Virus record (IMG/VR): IMGVR_UViG_3300045988_025481 | Coordinates: 1 to 37,707 of that record | Reading direction: 5' to 3' (one strand) | DNA length: 37,707 nucleotides | Origin: a virus | Shown here: positions 17,637 to 25,157 of the stretch, piece after piece | How the letters are laid out: the number at the start of each line of letters is the position of its first letter | How positions within the stretch are numbered: the first letter of the stretch is position 1 | Program-made: the position numbers and the translations under genes | Notes under the pieces: generated by a model | Database searches by the model: none | Seen by the model: the letters and a program-made list of their open reading frames with translations, nothing else | Told to the model about the DNA's origin: nothing

Positions 17637-17882
17637 TTATTCCTCCTTGACTTTATATTTCCAATCCGTGCCAACTTCTCCACTTGCTACTTCATAAGAC
17701 CAATCGGCTAGGATTGCATTTCCTTTTTCATCTACTAATTCTTGAGCGCTTGTTGCGTTCAAATTCGTGGTAAAGTGGTTGTTCATCACCATTTGATTCA
17801 ATGCATTATGTGATGTGGTTACAGACTTTATTTTCGAGACAAGCCACTGAATAGAAGCTTTGTCTTTGAATACGAAAGCCAT
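17637..17882 (-). CDS. 81-aa protein duplicating the C-terminal module of gene 19054..19863
   Basis: MNNHFTT...LVDE.G...LADW.YEV.SGEVG.DW.YKVK is shared with the C-terminus of the 269-aa upstream protein. Confidence 0.6.
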   Translation of the reverse strand: MAFVFKDKASIQWLVSKIKSVTTSHNALNQMVMNNHFTTNLNATSAQELVDEKGNAILADWSYEVASGEVGTDWKYKVKEE

Positions 17883-17885
17883 ATA

Positions 17886-18449
17886 CTAACCCCACATAGT
17901 ATTTAAATCATTTGTAGTAATCGCAGTTAATTCTGACTTCTTAACATACGCCGATAAATCAATGTCTGTATTACCAATCTTTTCGTATGTCTTTGTCTCT
18001 GAAAGCCAAATATACTCATCATAGATATCTTGTGTTCCATGTGAATGTGCTACCAAATAAATTACACCATTTGAACCTGTAGCAGGTAAGCTCGTTACCT
18101 TTTCATATCTAATAGATGCAATGTTTCCTACTGCCGAATTAATCAACGATTGTACTTGTGATTGCGTTTGGAATCCATTGTCATTTGTTAATTGTGATAC
18201 CTTTGTAGGCACTGTAACATCCACGGCTTTTGAGCTTGGCGTTAATTTCGTACCATTTACCTTTACAGATTCAATCACATTCACTTGAGCACCACTTGCG
18301 ATACCACTTAATTTTTGCTTTTCTTCGCTTGTGTAGTCATTTGTTGATAAGCCTTTACCACTTACGGCATCAACTTTCCCACCTAACGCCGTTTTAATCT
18401 TACTGATTAAGAGTGTCAATCCACTCTTATCTAAATATTCAATAGCTAT
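17886..18449 (-). CDS. tail-fibre-like protein
   Basis: ORF 17886..18419 extends 10 codons to ATA 18449..18447 (TAGGAGG plus 8 nt). GKGLSTNDYTSEEKQKL and SQLTNDNGFQT are typical fibre repeats. Confidence 0.6.
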   Translation of the reverse strand: MAIEYLDKSGLTLLISKIKTALGGKVDAVSGKGLSTNDYTSEEKQKLSGIASGAQVNVIESVKVNGTKLTPSSKAVDVTVPTKVSQLTNDNGFQTQSQVQSLINSAVGNIASIRYEKVTSLPATGSNGVIYLVAHSHGTQDIYDEYIWLSETKTYEKIGNTDIDLSAYVKKSELTAITTNDLNTMWG

Positions 18450-18461
18450 TCTTTTTTCCTC

Positions 18462-18761
18462 CTATAGACTATTCCATAATTCATCTAGTTCGGTTGTTGA
18501 TACACATGTTACAGAACCTTCTGCCATAGCTCCAACATCTTCCGGAGTATATACCGGTCTTGTTTCTGCTTTTGCCCACGTTGGAACTGTTGGGTCTATT
18601 TCTTCAACCTCTCCAATGATTTCATTACCATTTAATTTAGGTTTGTTCTTTAGCTTGTTGTAATCACTTGTACCTTCAACAAACTTCTCATCTGAGATTT
18701 CAATTTGAAGCTTGTCTGATTCATCTTGTATATTCATTTGAATATCTTGCATTAGAATCAT
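18462..18761 (-). CDS. fibre-associated protein (DYNKLKNKPKLNG motif)
   Basis: 99-aa ORF with AAGGAAGTG plus 5 nt upstream of the ATG. Confidence 0.5.
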   Translation of the reverse strand: MILMQDIQMNIQDESDKLQIEISDEKFVEGTSDYNKLKNKPKLNGNEIIGEVEEIDPTVPTWAKAETRPVYTPEDVGAMAEGSVTCVSTTELDELWNSL

Positions 18762-19057
18762 GTAATCACTTCCTTATTCAATACTCTATATACCTTTGTT
18801 GTCTTGACAGGAGAAGCAACAGCAACTCCTCCTTTTGTAATCATTCTTAATTGAATATTACAAGTACCCTCTTTGAAATTGAGCGTTTCTTCTTGACTTA
18901 ACAACACTGAAATAACATTTCCTTCAATGTCTAAATCACTTGATTCTTTTTTTAAGATATATCCGTTCTGTTCAAATACCACATAGATATTCTGCATTTC
19001 ATTTAAATCAATATCGTTTATTGTGATTTGAATTGTTGGCGTAGTTCCTTGTCTCAT
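18758..19057 (-). CDS. small structural-module protein
   Basis: ORF 18758..19078. The best start is ATG 19057 (AAGGTG plus 5 nt; ATGA overlap): MRQGTTPTIQITI... Confidence 0.5.
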   Translation of the reverse strand: MRQGTTPTIQITINDIDLNEMQNIYVVFEQNGYILKKESSDLDIEGNVISVLLSQEETLNFKEGTCNIQLRMITKGGVAVASPVKTTKVYRVLNKEVIT

Positions 19058-19863
19058 GATTTCACCTTGTAAGTCCAATCTTTGCCTACTTCACCCGACT
19101 CAACTTCATACGCCCAATCGGCTAGCATTTCATGACCGTTCTCATCTACCAGTGTTCCATCTTCTGTTAATAGAATCGTAGTGAAATGGTTATTCATAAG
19201 CATTTGTTCTACATTTGCAATTCGGTTCATTAACTTACCTGCGGTATTTGAATCCAACGTATCTTTTACGCTTGCGAACCATTCATTGAATTCATTTTCA
19301 TTTGCACTCATTTCAGATTGATTCTGCTCTTTTACTTCTTTGAATAATTCGGTCATTTGTGTAAATAAATCTAATGTTTCAACACTCTTTATGGCATTTG
19401 TAACTACTCCACAACGTGTTGAATCTAACCTTGTATCAGTGATGTTTGAGCCTTTGATTTCACTTGCGTTTCCTTCCACTGTTACCGTAGCTAATACCAT
19501 ATCATAAATAGAACCGCTTCTTGTGATTCCATCGTTGGTGTCGCTTGCTAATAAGGTAATGTTTCTATATGTGTCATTGTCATTCAATCTAAGAATAATA
19601 TTGTAGCTTTTAGTAGCGTTATTCTTTTCTAATGTGATGGTTTCGTCGTCTTTCTGCCAATAGAATGCTCCGTTAATATTTGCTCGTCCTGCCTTAACTG
19701 TAAGTGTTAAGCCTTGAGCCTTTTCAACTCTCAAATGGTCTGAACTAGAATCATCTATGAATACGCCATTTGTAAAGTAGCTTGAGAATAGCTTTCTGAA
19801 AGCGTCATATAAGACTAATCTATCACCATTTCGTGAGACAAATGGAAAATATGTAGTTGCTAT
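19054..19863 (-). CDS. fibre/baseplate-like structural protein
   Basis: ORF 19054..19734 extends 43 codons with no canonical start, to ATA 19863..19861 (GAGGGGGA plus 9 nt). The ATA overlaps the portal stop as ATAG. The FPFVSRNGDR...ITDTRLDSTRCGVV pattern resembles phage fibre proteins. Confidence 0.6.
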   Translation of the reverse strand: MATTYFPFVSRNGDRLVLYDAFRKLFSSYFTNGVFIDDSSSDHLRVEKAQGLTLTVKAGRANINGAFYWQKDDETITLEKNNATKSYNIILRLNDNDTYRNITLLASDTNDGITRSGSIYDMVLATVTVEGNASEIKGSNITDTRLDSTRCGVVTNAIKSVETLDLFTQMTELFKEVKEQNQSEMSANENEFNEWFASVKDTLDSNTAGKLMNRIANVEQMLMNNHFTTILLTEDGTLVDENGHEMLADWAYEVESGEVGKDWTYKVKS

Positions 19864-21263
19864 TCTTCGTCATCCCCCTCTCCATCATCTTGAATTTCTT
19901 CATTCAACAATTCCGTTGCTTCTTCTTCAGTGAAGCCGTATTGCTTCATGAAATACATAATCTTTAATCTTGGAATATCAAATGTTAATGCGTCATTTCT
20001 TAACGCTTGTGCCGTGCTTTGCTTATCCTCGATATATGTATCATCATAATCAATAGCAATATCTAATGAATTGATATTAAGCTTTCTGCCTTGTGTCAAT
20101 TCGTAGAAGTATGCAATAGCTTGAATAATGTCTTGAATATATGCAGTAGATTCTTTACGTTGTGAGTTTACTTCCTTCATAGCGTCTTGATTCTCACCAA
20201 TATATTCTGTAGCCGTCACAATTCTTCCACTTTCAAAGGTGTATTTCTTTGTACCAAATCCAAACATCATTGATAAGATACTTAATGCAGTTTCTAGTGA
20301 TTGCACAACTTCCGCCGTTCTTACTGTTGGATTGTATTCTTGCCATAAAGCTTTTTCTTCCGGAAGCTTGTCTCTACCTAACTGAACAAATATCTTTTTC
20401 ATTTGTGGATTCATCTTAATATTTCCATCCTTGTCTTTCTGCATTAATGCTTCATTCACAAGAACAATTTTATCAGACTTCAACAAATCACGATTCCACA
20501 TTGTCATTGTTAAATCAATTGTTTTCAAAGGAGCAATTGCACTCCAAATCTTCGGCAAGCCGTACCCTTGCATTTGTAAGTTGTTGACCTTTGCATTTCT
20601 CATAATTGCAAACGGCTTAACCACATCTAATTGAACTATCTGAGCACGCTCTTTTATTTCTTCGCCTGTATCTTTAAAGTAATGTGTTTCTGCAATATAT
20701 CTTTCGTCTTGTCCTTTTAAGAACATGACCATCACATATACTTTTTTCAACTTCTCATAATTTACTCCAACGAAAGCTACTTCCACAATTTCATCATTGA
20801 TAACAGTTAATGGAAGGATATTCATTGAATCACAATAGTTGATTCTTATTTCCCCTCCACTGAATGTACCATCTTCGTAAATCTCGGCATTTGATACCGT
20901 TACATAAGCTCCTACTGTACCGTTTGCAGACATTTGCTCAACTTGTTTCCTATACATTACATCAAACCTATTCTTCGTTAGAATGTCTGAAATAATATCA
21001 TTTGTTGTACTGTCCTCTGTTGCGTTTATATCTAGGATTTCAATAAGGTTTGCGTCATCCTCGCATAAACGCTTTGCAAAGTCTGTTTTATCTAGCGTGT
21101 ATTCCTCGTTGTTCAACGTGTATGCCGTATGAAATTCTGTTTCGGTATTCGTGTACCACTTATTACACAATTCAATAATCTCAATTGCGTTTGTGTCTAC
21201 ATAATACCCTCTGTCGTTTAGGTAATTCTGAAACCACGGTCTACGTGTGTTAGATGTTTCTAT
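19860..21263 (-). CDS. portal protein (SPP1 Gp6-like)
   Basis: ORF 19860..21170 extends 31 codons to ATA 21263..21261 (AAGGAGG plus 6 nt), two codons after an in-frame TAA. Its size and position after TerL support the call. Confidence 0.8.
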   Translation of the reverse strand: METSNTRRPWFQNYLNDRGYYVDTNAIEIIELCNKWYTNTETEFHTAYTLNNEEYTLDKTDFAKRLCEDDANLIEILDINATEDSTTNDIISDILTKNRFDVMYRKQVEQMSANGTVGAYVTVSNAEIYEDGTFSGGEIRINYCDSMNILPLTVINDEIVEVAFVGVNYEKLKKVYVMVMFLKGQDERYIAETHYFKDTGEEIKERAQIVQLDVVKPFAIMRNAKVNNLQMQGYGLPKIWSAIAPLKTIDLTMTMWNRDLLKSDKIVLVNEALMQKDKDGNIKMNPQMKKIFVQLGRDKLPEEKALWQEYNPTVRTAEVVQSLETALSILSMMFGFGTKKYTFESGRIVTATEYIGENQDAMKEVNSQRKESTAYIQDIIQAIAYFYELTQGRKLNINSLDIAIDYDDTYIEDKQSTAQALRNDALTFDIPRLKIMYFMKQYGFTEEEATELLNEEIQDDGEGDDEE

Positions 21264-21266
21264 TTC

Positions 21267-22604
21267 TTACCTCCTTAAATCTATATATCCACTATGGGTT
21301 ATAAATGTGTAGCAGAACGAATCCCAATCATCATTGATATTGTTTACGTTCTCATCTTTCGGAATGTCTTTCTTTTCATCCCATACCAATTCGCTCAATG
21401 CATTTATTAAGTTCTTACAATGTTCTTCTATCTTCAATCTACCTGTAACAAGTAAGCTATCAACTGTTATAGGACGGTCCGTTAGCTCATTCTTCTTAAC
21501 CGGTGCAATTATACTACCGTCCAATCCTTCGGCGTAGAAATAAGCTCTAAGCGTGTTTATGAGTGTGTTAGAAGCACTGTCCGGAAATATCCATTCTACA
21601 TATCCGTAACATTCAATACAACGCTTATAGAATCTTACAAATGCTTTGCAGAACTTTGTTGCGTATATGGAATTAGATTTAGCCATGTCTCCTTCATCAA
21701 GTGCCCACATATAATCCCAATCATTTGTAAACCCTGTTAAGTGCCATGAATATTTCGAGCCATTGTCTCCAAAATCAACGCCAATAATTAAATGACTGAA
21801 CCTTTTCCCTTCTTCCTTCATCTTTTCTTTTAGACTCTGATATTTGAATAGGTAAGGCTTGCAGTTATTGGCAAAATAAGGAAAGACTAGACCTTCGGCA
21901 ACCATTCTTTCCCCTAAAATATCTCGCTTGTACCATACTGAATTCTTGTCATATTTGTTTTGGATTTCTTCGATTCTTTCTTGGCTCATTGTAGCATTGT
22001 CAAAGATGTTGAAGTGCTCATATCTGTACCAATCTAACCCCATAAATTTATCTATGTAATTCTTATAGATGTCTGCGTTTGGGTTTGATGGGTTTAAATC
22101 CCATAATGTAAATGGATGTACACTTGCAATCTGTCTTGCCATCGCTACCTTGATAAAGCTTGTTCTAGAATCATCACAATCGTAATGCTCATTTATTTCG
22201 GTCGCTATCCATCCACCATATGAGTTACCTAATATGCTCTTATATGAATCGGACTTTCCACCGCCTGTAAATATAACTATCTTTTCGCCTGTCTTTGTTT
22301 GGACAAATAGTGCTTCGTTCGATTTGTATTTACCCCAACGACACCGCCCACGAAAGATATGTTCTAAGCCGAAACCATTGCAATCGCCTATGTTTAATTT
22401 CGCATTTGGTAAGCTTGACCCACTCGCTAAATGTATTTTATCTTCGCATGTTTCTAAATACATTGAAAAGATTATGCAGTGGTCAATCGTTTTGCCACTT
22501 CGTACCGCTCCTTCTGCTACACTTTGTTTGTAATTTAGGGCGGTCTTAATATAATTCTTATGTTTATCTGAAAATTTCCCCCAAGGAATCGTTCTAGTCA
22601 TCAT
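21267..22604 (-). CDS. terL: terminase large subunit
   Basis: 445-aa ORF with Walker A EGAVRSGKT, PBSX/Terminase_3-like. The ATG overlaps the TerS stop. Confidence 0.9.
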   Translation of the reverse strand: MMTRTIPWGKFSDKHKNYIKTALNYKQSVAEGAVRSGKTIDHCIIFSMYLETCEDKIHLASGSSLPNAKLNIGDCNGFGLEHIFRGRCRWGKYKSNEALFVQTKTGEKIVIFTGGGKSDSYKSILGNSYGGWIATEINEHYDCDDSRTSFIKVAMARQIASVHPFTLWDLNPSNPNADIYKNYIDKFMGLDWYRYEHFNIFDNATMSQERIEEIQNKYDKNSVWYKRDILGERMVAEGLVFPYFANNCKPYLFKYQSLKEKMKEEGKRFSHLIIGVDFGDNGSKYSWHLTGFTNDWDYMWALDEGDMAKSNSIYATKFCKAFVRFYKRCIECYGYVEWIFPDSASNTLINTLRAYFYAEGLDGSIIAPVKKNELTDRPITVDSLLVTGRLKIEEHCKNLINALSELVWDEKKDIPKDENVNNINDDWDSFCYTFITHSGYIDLRR

Positions 22605-22942
22605 TTTAATAAATCTGCCAAAGGTGTTAAGTCCTCAATCTCATGTGTCATTGTCTGCTCAACCTTTTCGCTCTGTCCAAGCATTTGTTTACCTAACCAA
22701 ATAAGCATGGTCGTATTCCCTTTTGACGCTTTGTCAAATTGCATACGTCTTAAACTTCTTTTTGAGTGGCTTATACCTTTTTTATATGTCTGACAAAACT
22801 TTCTATTTCTTAATAATGTTCTTACCGAACATCCTAGGAAATCTGCAATTTCTTCTTGAGTACATCCAATAGAAGCAAGCTTTTCAACTGCTTCATAATC
22901 AATCTTTATTCTTGGGCGTCCTCCTGCGTGTTTCTCTGCTAT
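22601..22942 (-). CDS. terS: terminase small subunit (HTH)
   Basis: Not in the ORF track. The frame is open from TAG 22957 to TGA 22601 and encodes (M)AEKHAGGRPRIKIDYEAVEKLASIGCTQEEIADFLGCSVRTL... The first ATG is 66 codons in. ATA 22942..22940 lies 6 nt after a G7 run. Confidence 0.7.
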   Translation of the reverse strand: MAEKHAGGRPRIKIDYEAVEKLASIGCTQEEIADFLGCSVRTLLRNRKFCQTYKKGISHSKRSLRRMQFDKASKGNTTMLIWLGKQMLGQSEKVEQTMTHEIEDLTPLADLLK

Positions 22943-23094
22943 TTTAATCCCCCCCTATAACAATCATATTGATTCAATTGCTTTTTAAGCCTTTGTAATC
23001 TTTTTCTTAAATCTCTTTTTCTATATTCTGATGTCGTGTTTTCTAATTCTTCTTCAACGCTTTTCATTTGGCGTAAATGTTCTTCTCTAGACAT
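22939..23094 (-). CDS. 51-aa coiled-coil ORF ending at the G7 tract
   Basis: Hand-translated: MSREEHLRQMKSVEEELENTTSEYRKRDLRKRLQRLKKQLNQYDCYRGGLK. It overlaps the radical SAM stop. It could fuse to TerS by a -1 shift on the G7 run. Confidence 0.35.
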   Translation of the reverse strand: MSREEHLRQMKSVEEELENTTSEYRKRDLRKRLQRLKKQLNQYDCYRGGLK

Positions 23095-24394
23095 GTCTTG
23101 CTTCTTCTGTTTCAAGTTCTGTAATCTCCTCTGTTCTTTTTAAGAATGTTACTGAATTATCATATTCGTAAATGATGTCATTGTTTTCATCAAATCCTAC
23201 AGGCTTTAGAACCTTTTCAAAAATCTTATAAGGTGATTGTCCTGCTTTTGGTGAATTCCATAAATAATGAAGATAATCTTTCATTGTCATTCCTTTGAAT
23301 TTTGCTCTATTCTCTGATGAATTAGTGTTGAACCCAATAGCTTTATTAAATTGAAAATCTAAGAAATACATATCCTTTTCAATATCTTTCCAATGTACTC
23401 TTCCATGTTTCTTTGCAATTTGTAAAGCGCCACTAAAATTTCCTCTTGAGTAATCCCAATTCTTGTCTAATGCGCAACAACAACAATTATTTGAGCATTC
23501 TTTAAAGTGTGCGTCGGATACATAGAATCGCATACCTAATTCATCACATAGCTCTTTCATCTTTTGAATGTATTTAGCCTTTACTTTTCTGTTAAGTCTT
23601 AAATATCCACTTCCATTTGAATGTTTTCTATAGAAATCTACAATATCAAATCCTGCACATTCACTAATCACATCATAATGCTCCTTAGCTTGTTTAATAG
23701 AACGCATTTCTAAGCAAAAGAACTCCGTAGTAACTGCCGTTGCTCCTGCCTTTTTGGCTTCTCTAATTAAATCTAGATAGGTTTTATCTGATACTCCTAC
23801 AATAAATGGACGCAATCTTAAAGTTGCACCACCTTTAGATAGTTCAGTATATTTTTTCATTGCTTCAAGTCTTTTTCTTGGACTTGGCACACCTACTTCG
23901 ATTTTTCTTGCGTCCTCTTCATCTAGCGTGATGATACTAAACTTAACATTCCAATTGTCTGCGCCTTTGAACAATTCTTGATATTTAGGGTCATTAAATA
24001 CCCATGCCGATTTCGTACTAAAACAAATAGGATAGTTAATAGATTTCAAATACTTAAGCATTTCATAGGTTTTGCCATATTTCTTTTCGTATCCGTCGAA
24101 TTGGTCTGATAATCCACCATATTGAATAGGACGTCTGTCTTTAATGTATTTATAGAATTGTGATTTTGTATCTTCTCCACTGAAAATCTTTTTGCATTTC
24201 TCAACATTGATACATTTCACATCTTTATTAAGATATGCTTCTTTACTTGCACCAATACCTCTTTGATATTGGCTAAAACAATAAACGCACCCAAATGAAC
24301 AATTGGAATATGTATCAAATGTCACCGGTAATGAGCAATCTGCGATTTCTCCTGTCCATCTCGGTGATTGATATGTCTCACTGATTTTATTCAC
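23087..24394 (-). CDS. radical SAM enzyme (SplB/COG1533-like), substrate unknown
   Basis: 435-aa ORF with the CX3CX2C motif CSFGCVYC near the N-terminus and a second Cys cluster CSNNCCCC. GTG start after GGAGGATATAAG. Confidence 0.75.
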   Translation of the reverse strand: MNKISETYQSPRWTGEIADCSLPVTFDTYSNCSFGCVYCFSQYQRGIGASKEAYLNKDVKCINVEKCKKIFSGEDTKSQFYKYIKDRRPIQYGGLSDQFDGYEKKYGKTYEMLKYLKSINYPICFSTKSAWVFNDPKYQELFKGADNWNVKFSIITLDEEDARKIEVGVPSPRKRLEAMKKYTELSKGGATLRLRPFIVGVSDKTYLDLIREAKKAGATAVTTEFFCLEMRSIKQAKEHYDVISECAGFDIVDFYRKHSNGSGYLRLNRKVKAKYIQKMKELCDELGMRFYVSDAHFKECSNNCCCCALDKNWDYSRGNFSGALQIAKKHGRVHWKDIEKDMYFLDFQFNKAIGFNTNSSENRAKFKGMTMKDYLHYLWNSPKAGQSPYKIFEKVLKPVGFDENNDIIYEYDNSVTFLKRTEEITELETEEARHV

Positions 24395-24395
24395 C

Positions 24396-25157
24396 TTATA
24401 TCCTCCATTTTCTTTTCAACAATACTGTTCTATCTTTTTTTGTTACCATATCCGGATATTTCTTTACTAGGCGTCTAAGCCATAGTTCTTGTTCTCCTCT
24501 TTGGTATCTGTCATACATTCCGCCTTTTTCCTTTCCCATTAAAGATTTATTTGGCACAATGTTATTTGCTCTAGCTATGATATACCCTTGCCTAATCATT
24601 CTTAGATTCAATTCATAATCCTCTAACATATCCCATTTCTCATCAAATTTGATTTCTTCACTTTTAATAACAAAACACAATCCACCTTGTACGAGTGTAT
24701 TGAATGAATATGTTTCACCTTTCTTAACATAGCTAGCTATATTCATATTATTGGTTGTGGGTAGACATCCCATGAAGTGAATATTGTTCTTTTGCATAAA
24801 TGAGAATACCTCATTAAATGTCTTATCCAATTCAGTGATTTTTTTCTGCGCTCCACATTTATTTCCTTGCTTTTCTTCCCATTTCCTAAAATCTCTGATG
24901 TCATCATCTAGTAAGATGATTTTTGCCCCATTTTCAAAATAATTTAGAATGTTATTTCTATTCGAAGCTACGTTATTTCCACGCCTAGTAATGATTTGAG
25001 CTTGACTTCCTAATGTTTCAACATAAGTTTTGAAATCATTTGAATCATTTAAGCTAATAACAATTCTTTCATCTTCAATTCCACATTCTTTTAGTGCGTA
25101 ATACGTTTTACATTTTGGTCTATGGTAACTAGCTATTGCATAATAGATGTTATTCAT
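24396..25157 (-). CDS. GT-A-type glycosyltransferase-like protein
   Basis: 253-aa ORF with a Rossmann-like N-terminus and the DXD motif ILLDDDIRD. Confidence 0.5.
   Translation of the reverse strand: MNNIYYAIASYHRPKCKTYYALKECGIEDERIVISLNDSNDFKTYVETLGSQAQIITRRGNNVASNRNNILNYFENGAKIILLDDDIRDFRKWEEKQGNKCGAQKKITELDKTFNEVFSFMQKNNIHFMGCLPTTNNMNIASYVKKGETYSFNTLVQGGLCFVIKSEEIKFDEKWDMLEDYELNLRMIRQGYIIARANNIVPNKSLMGKEKGGMYDRYQRGEQELWLRRLVKKYPDMVTKKDRTVLLKRKWRI

Noticed and set aside
12582-19078. Longer N-terminal extensions offered by the ORF track: starts at 12653, 13042, 17683 and 19078. The same applies to the track start at 33106, outside this range.
   Set aside because: These starts overlap the upstream gene by 20-75 nt and lack an SD. 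Downstream starts with good SDs or ATGA/ATAG coupling give N-termini typical of the protein families.
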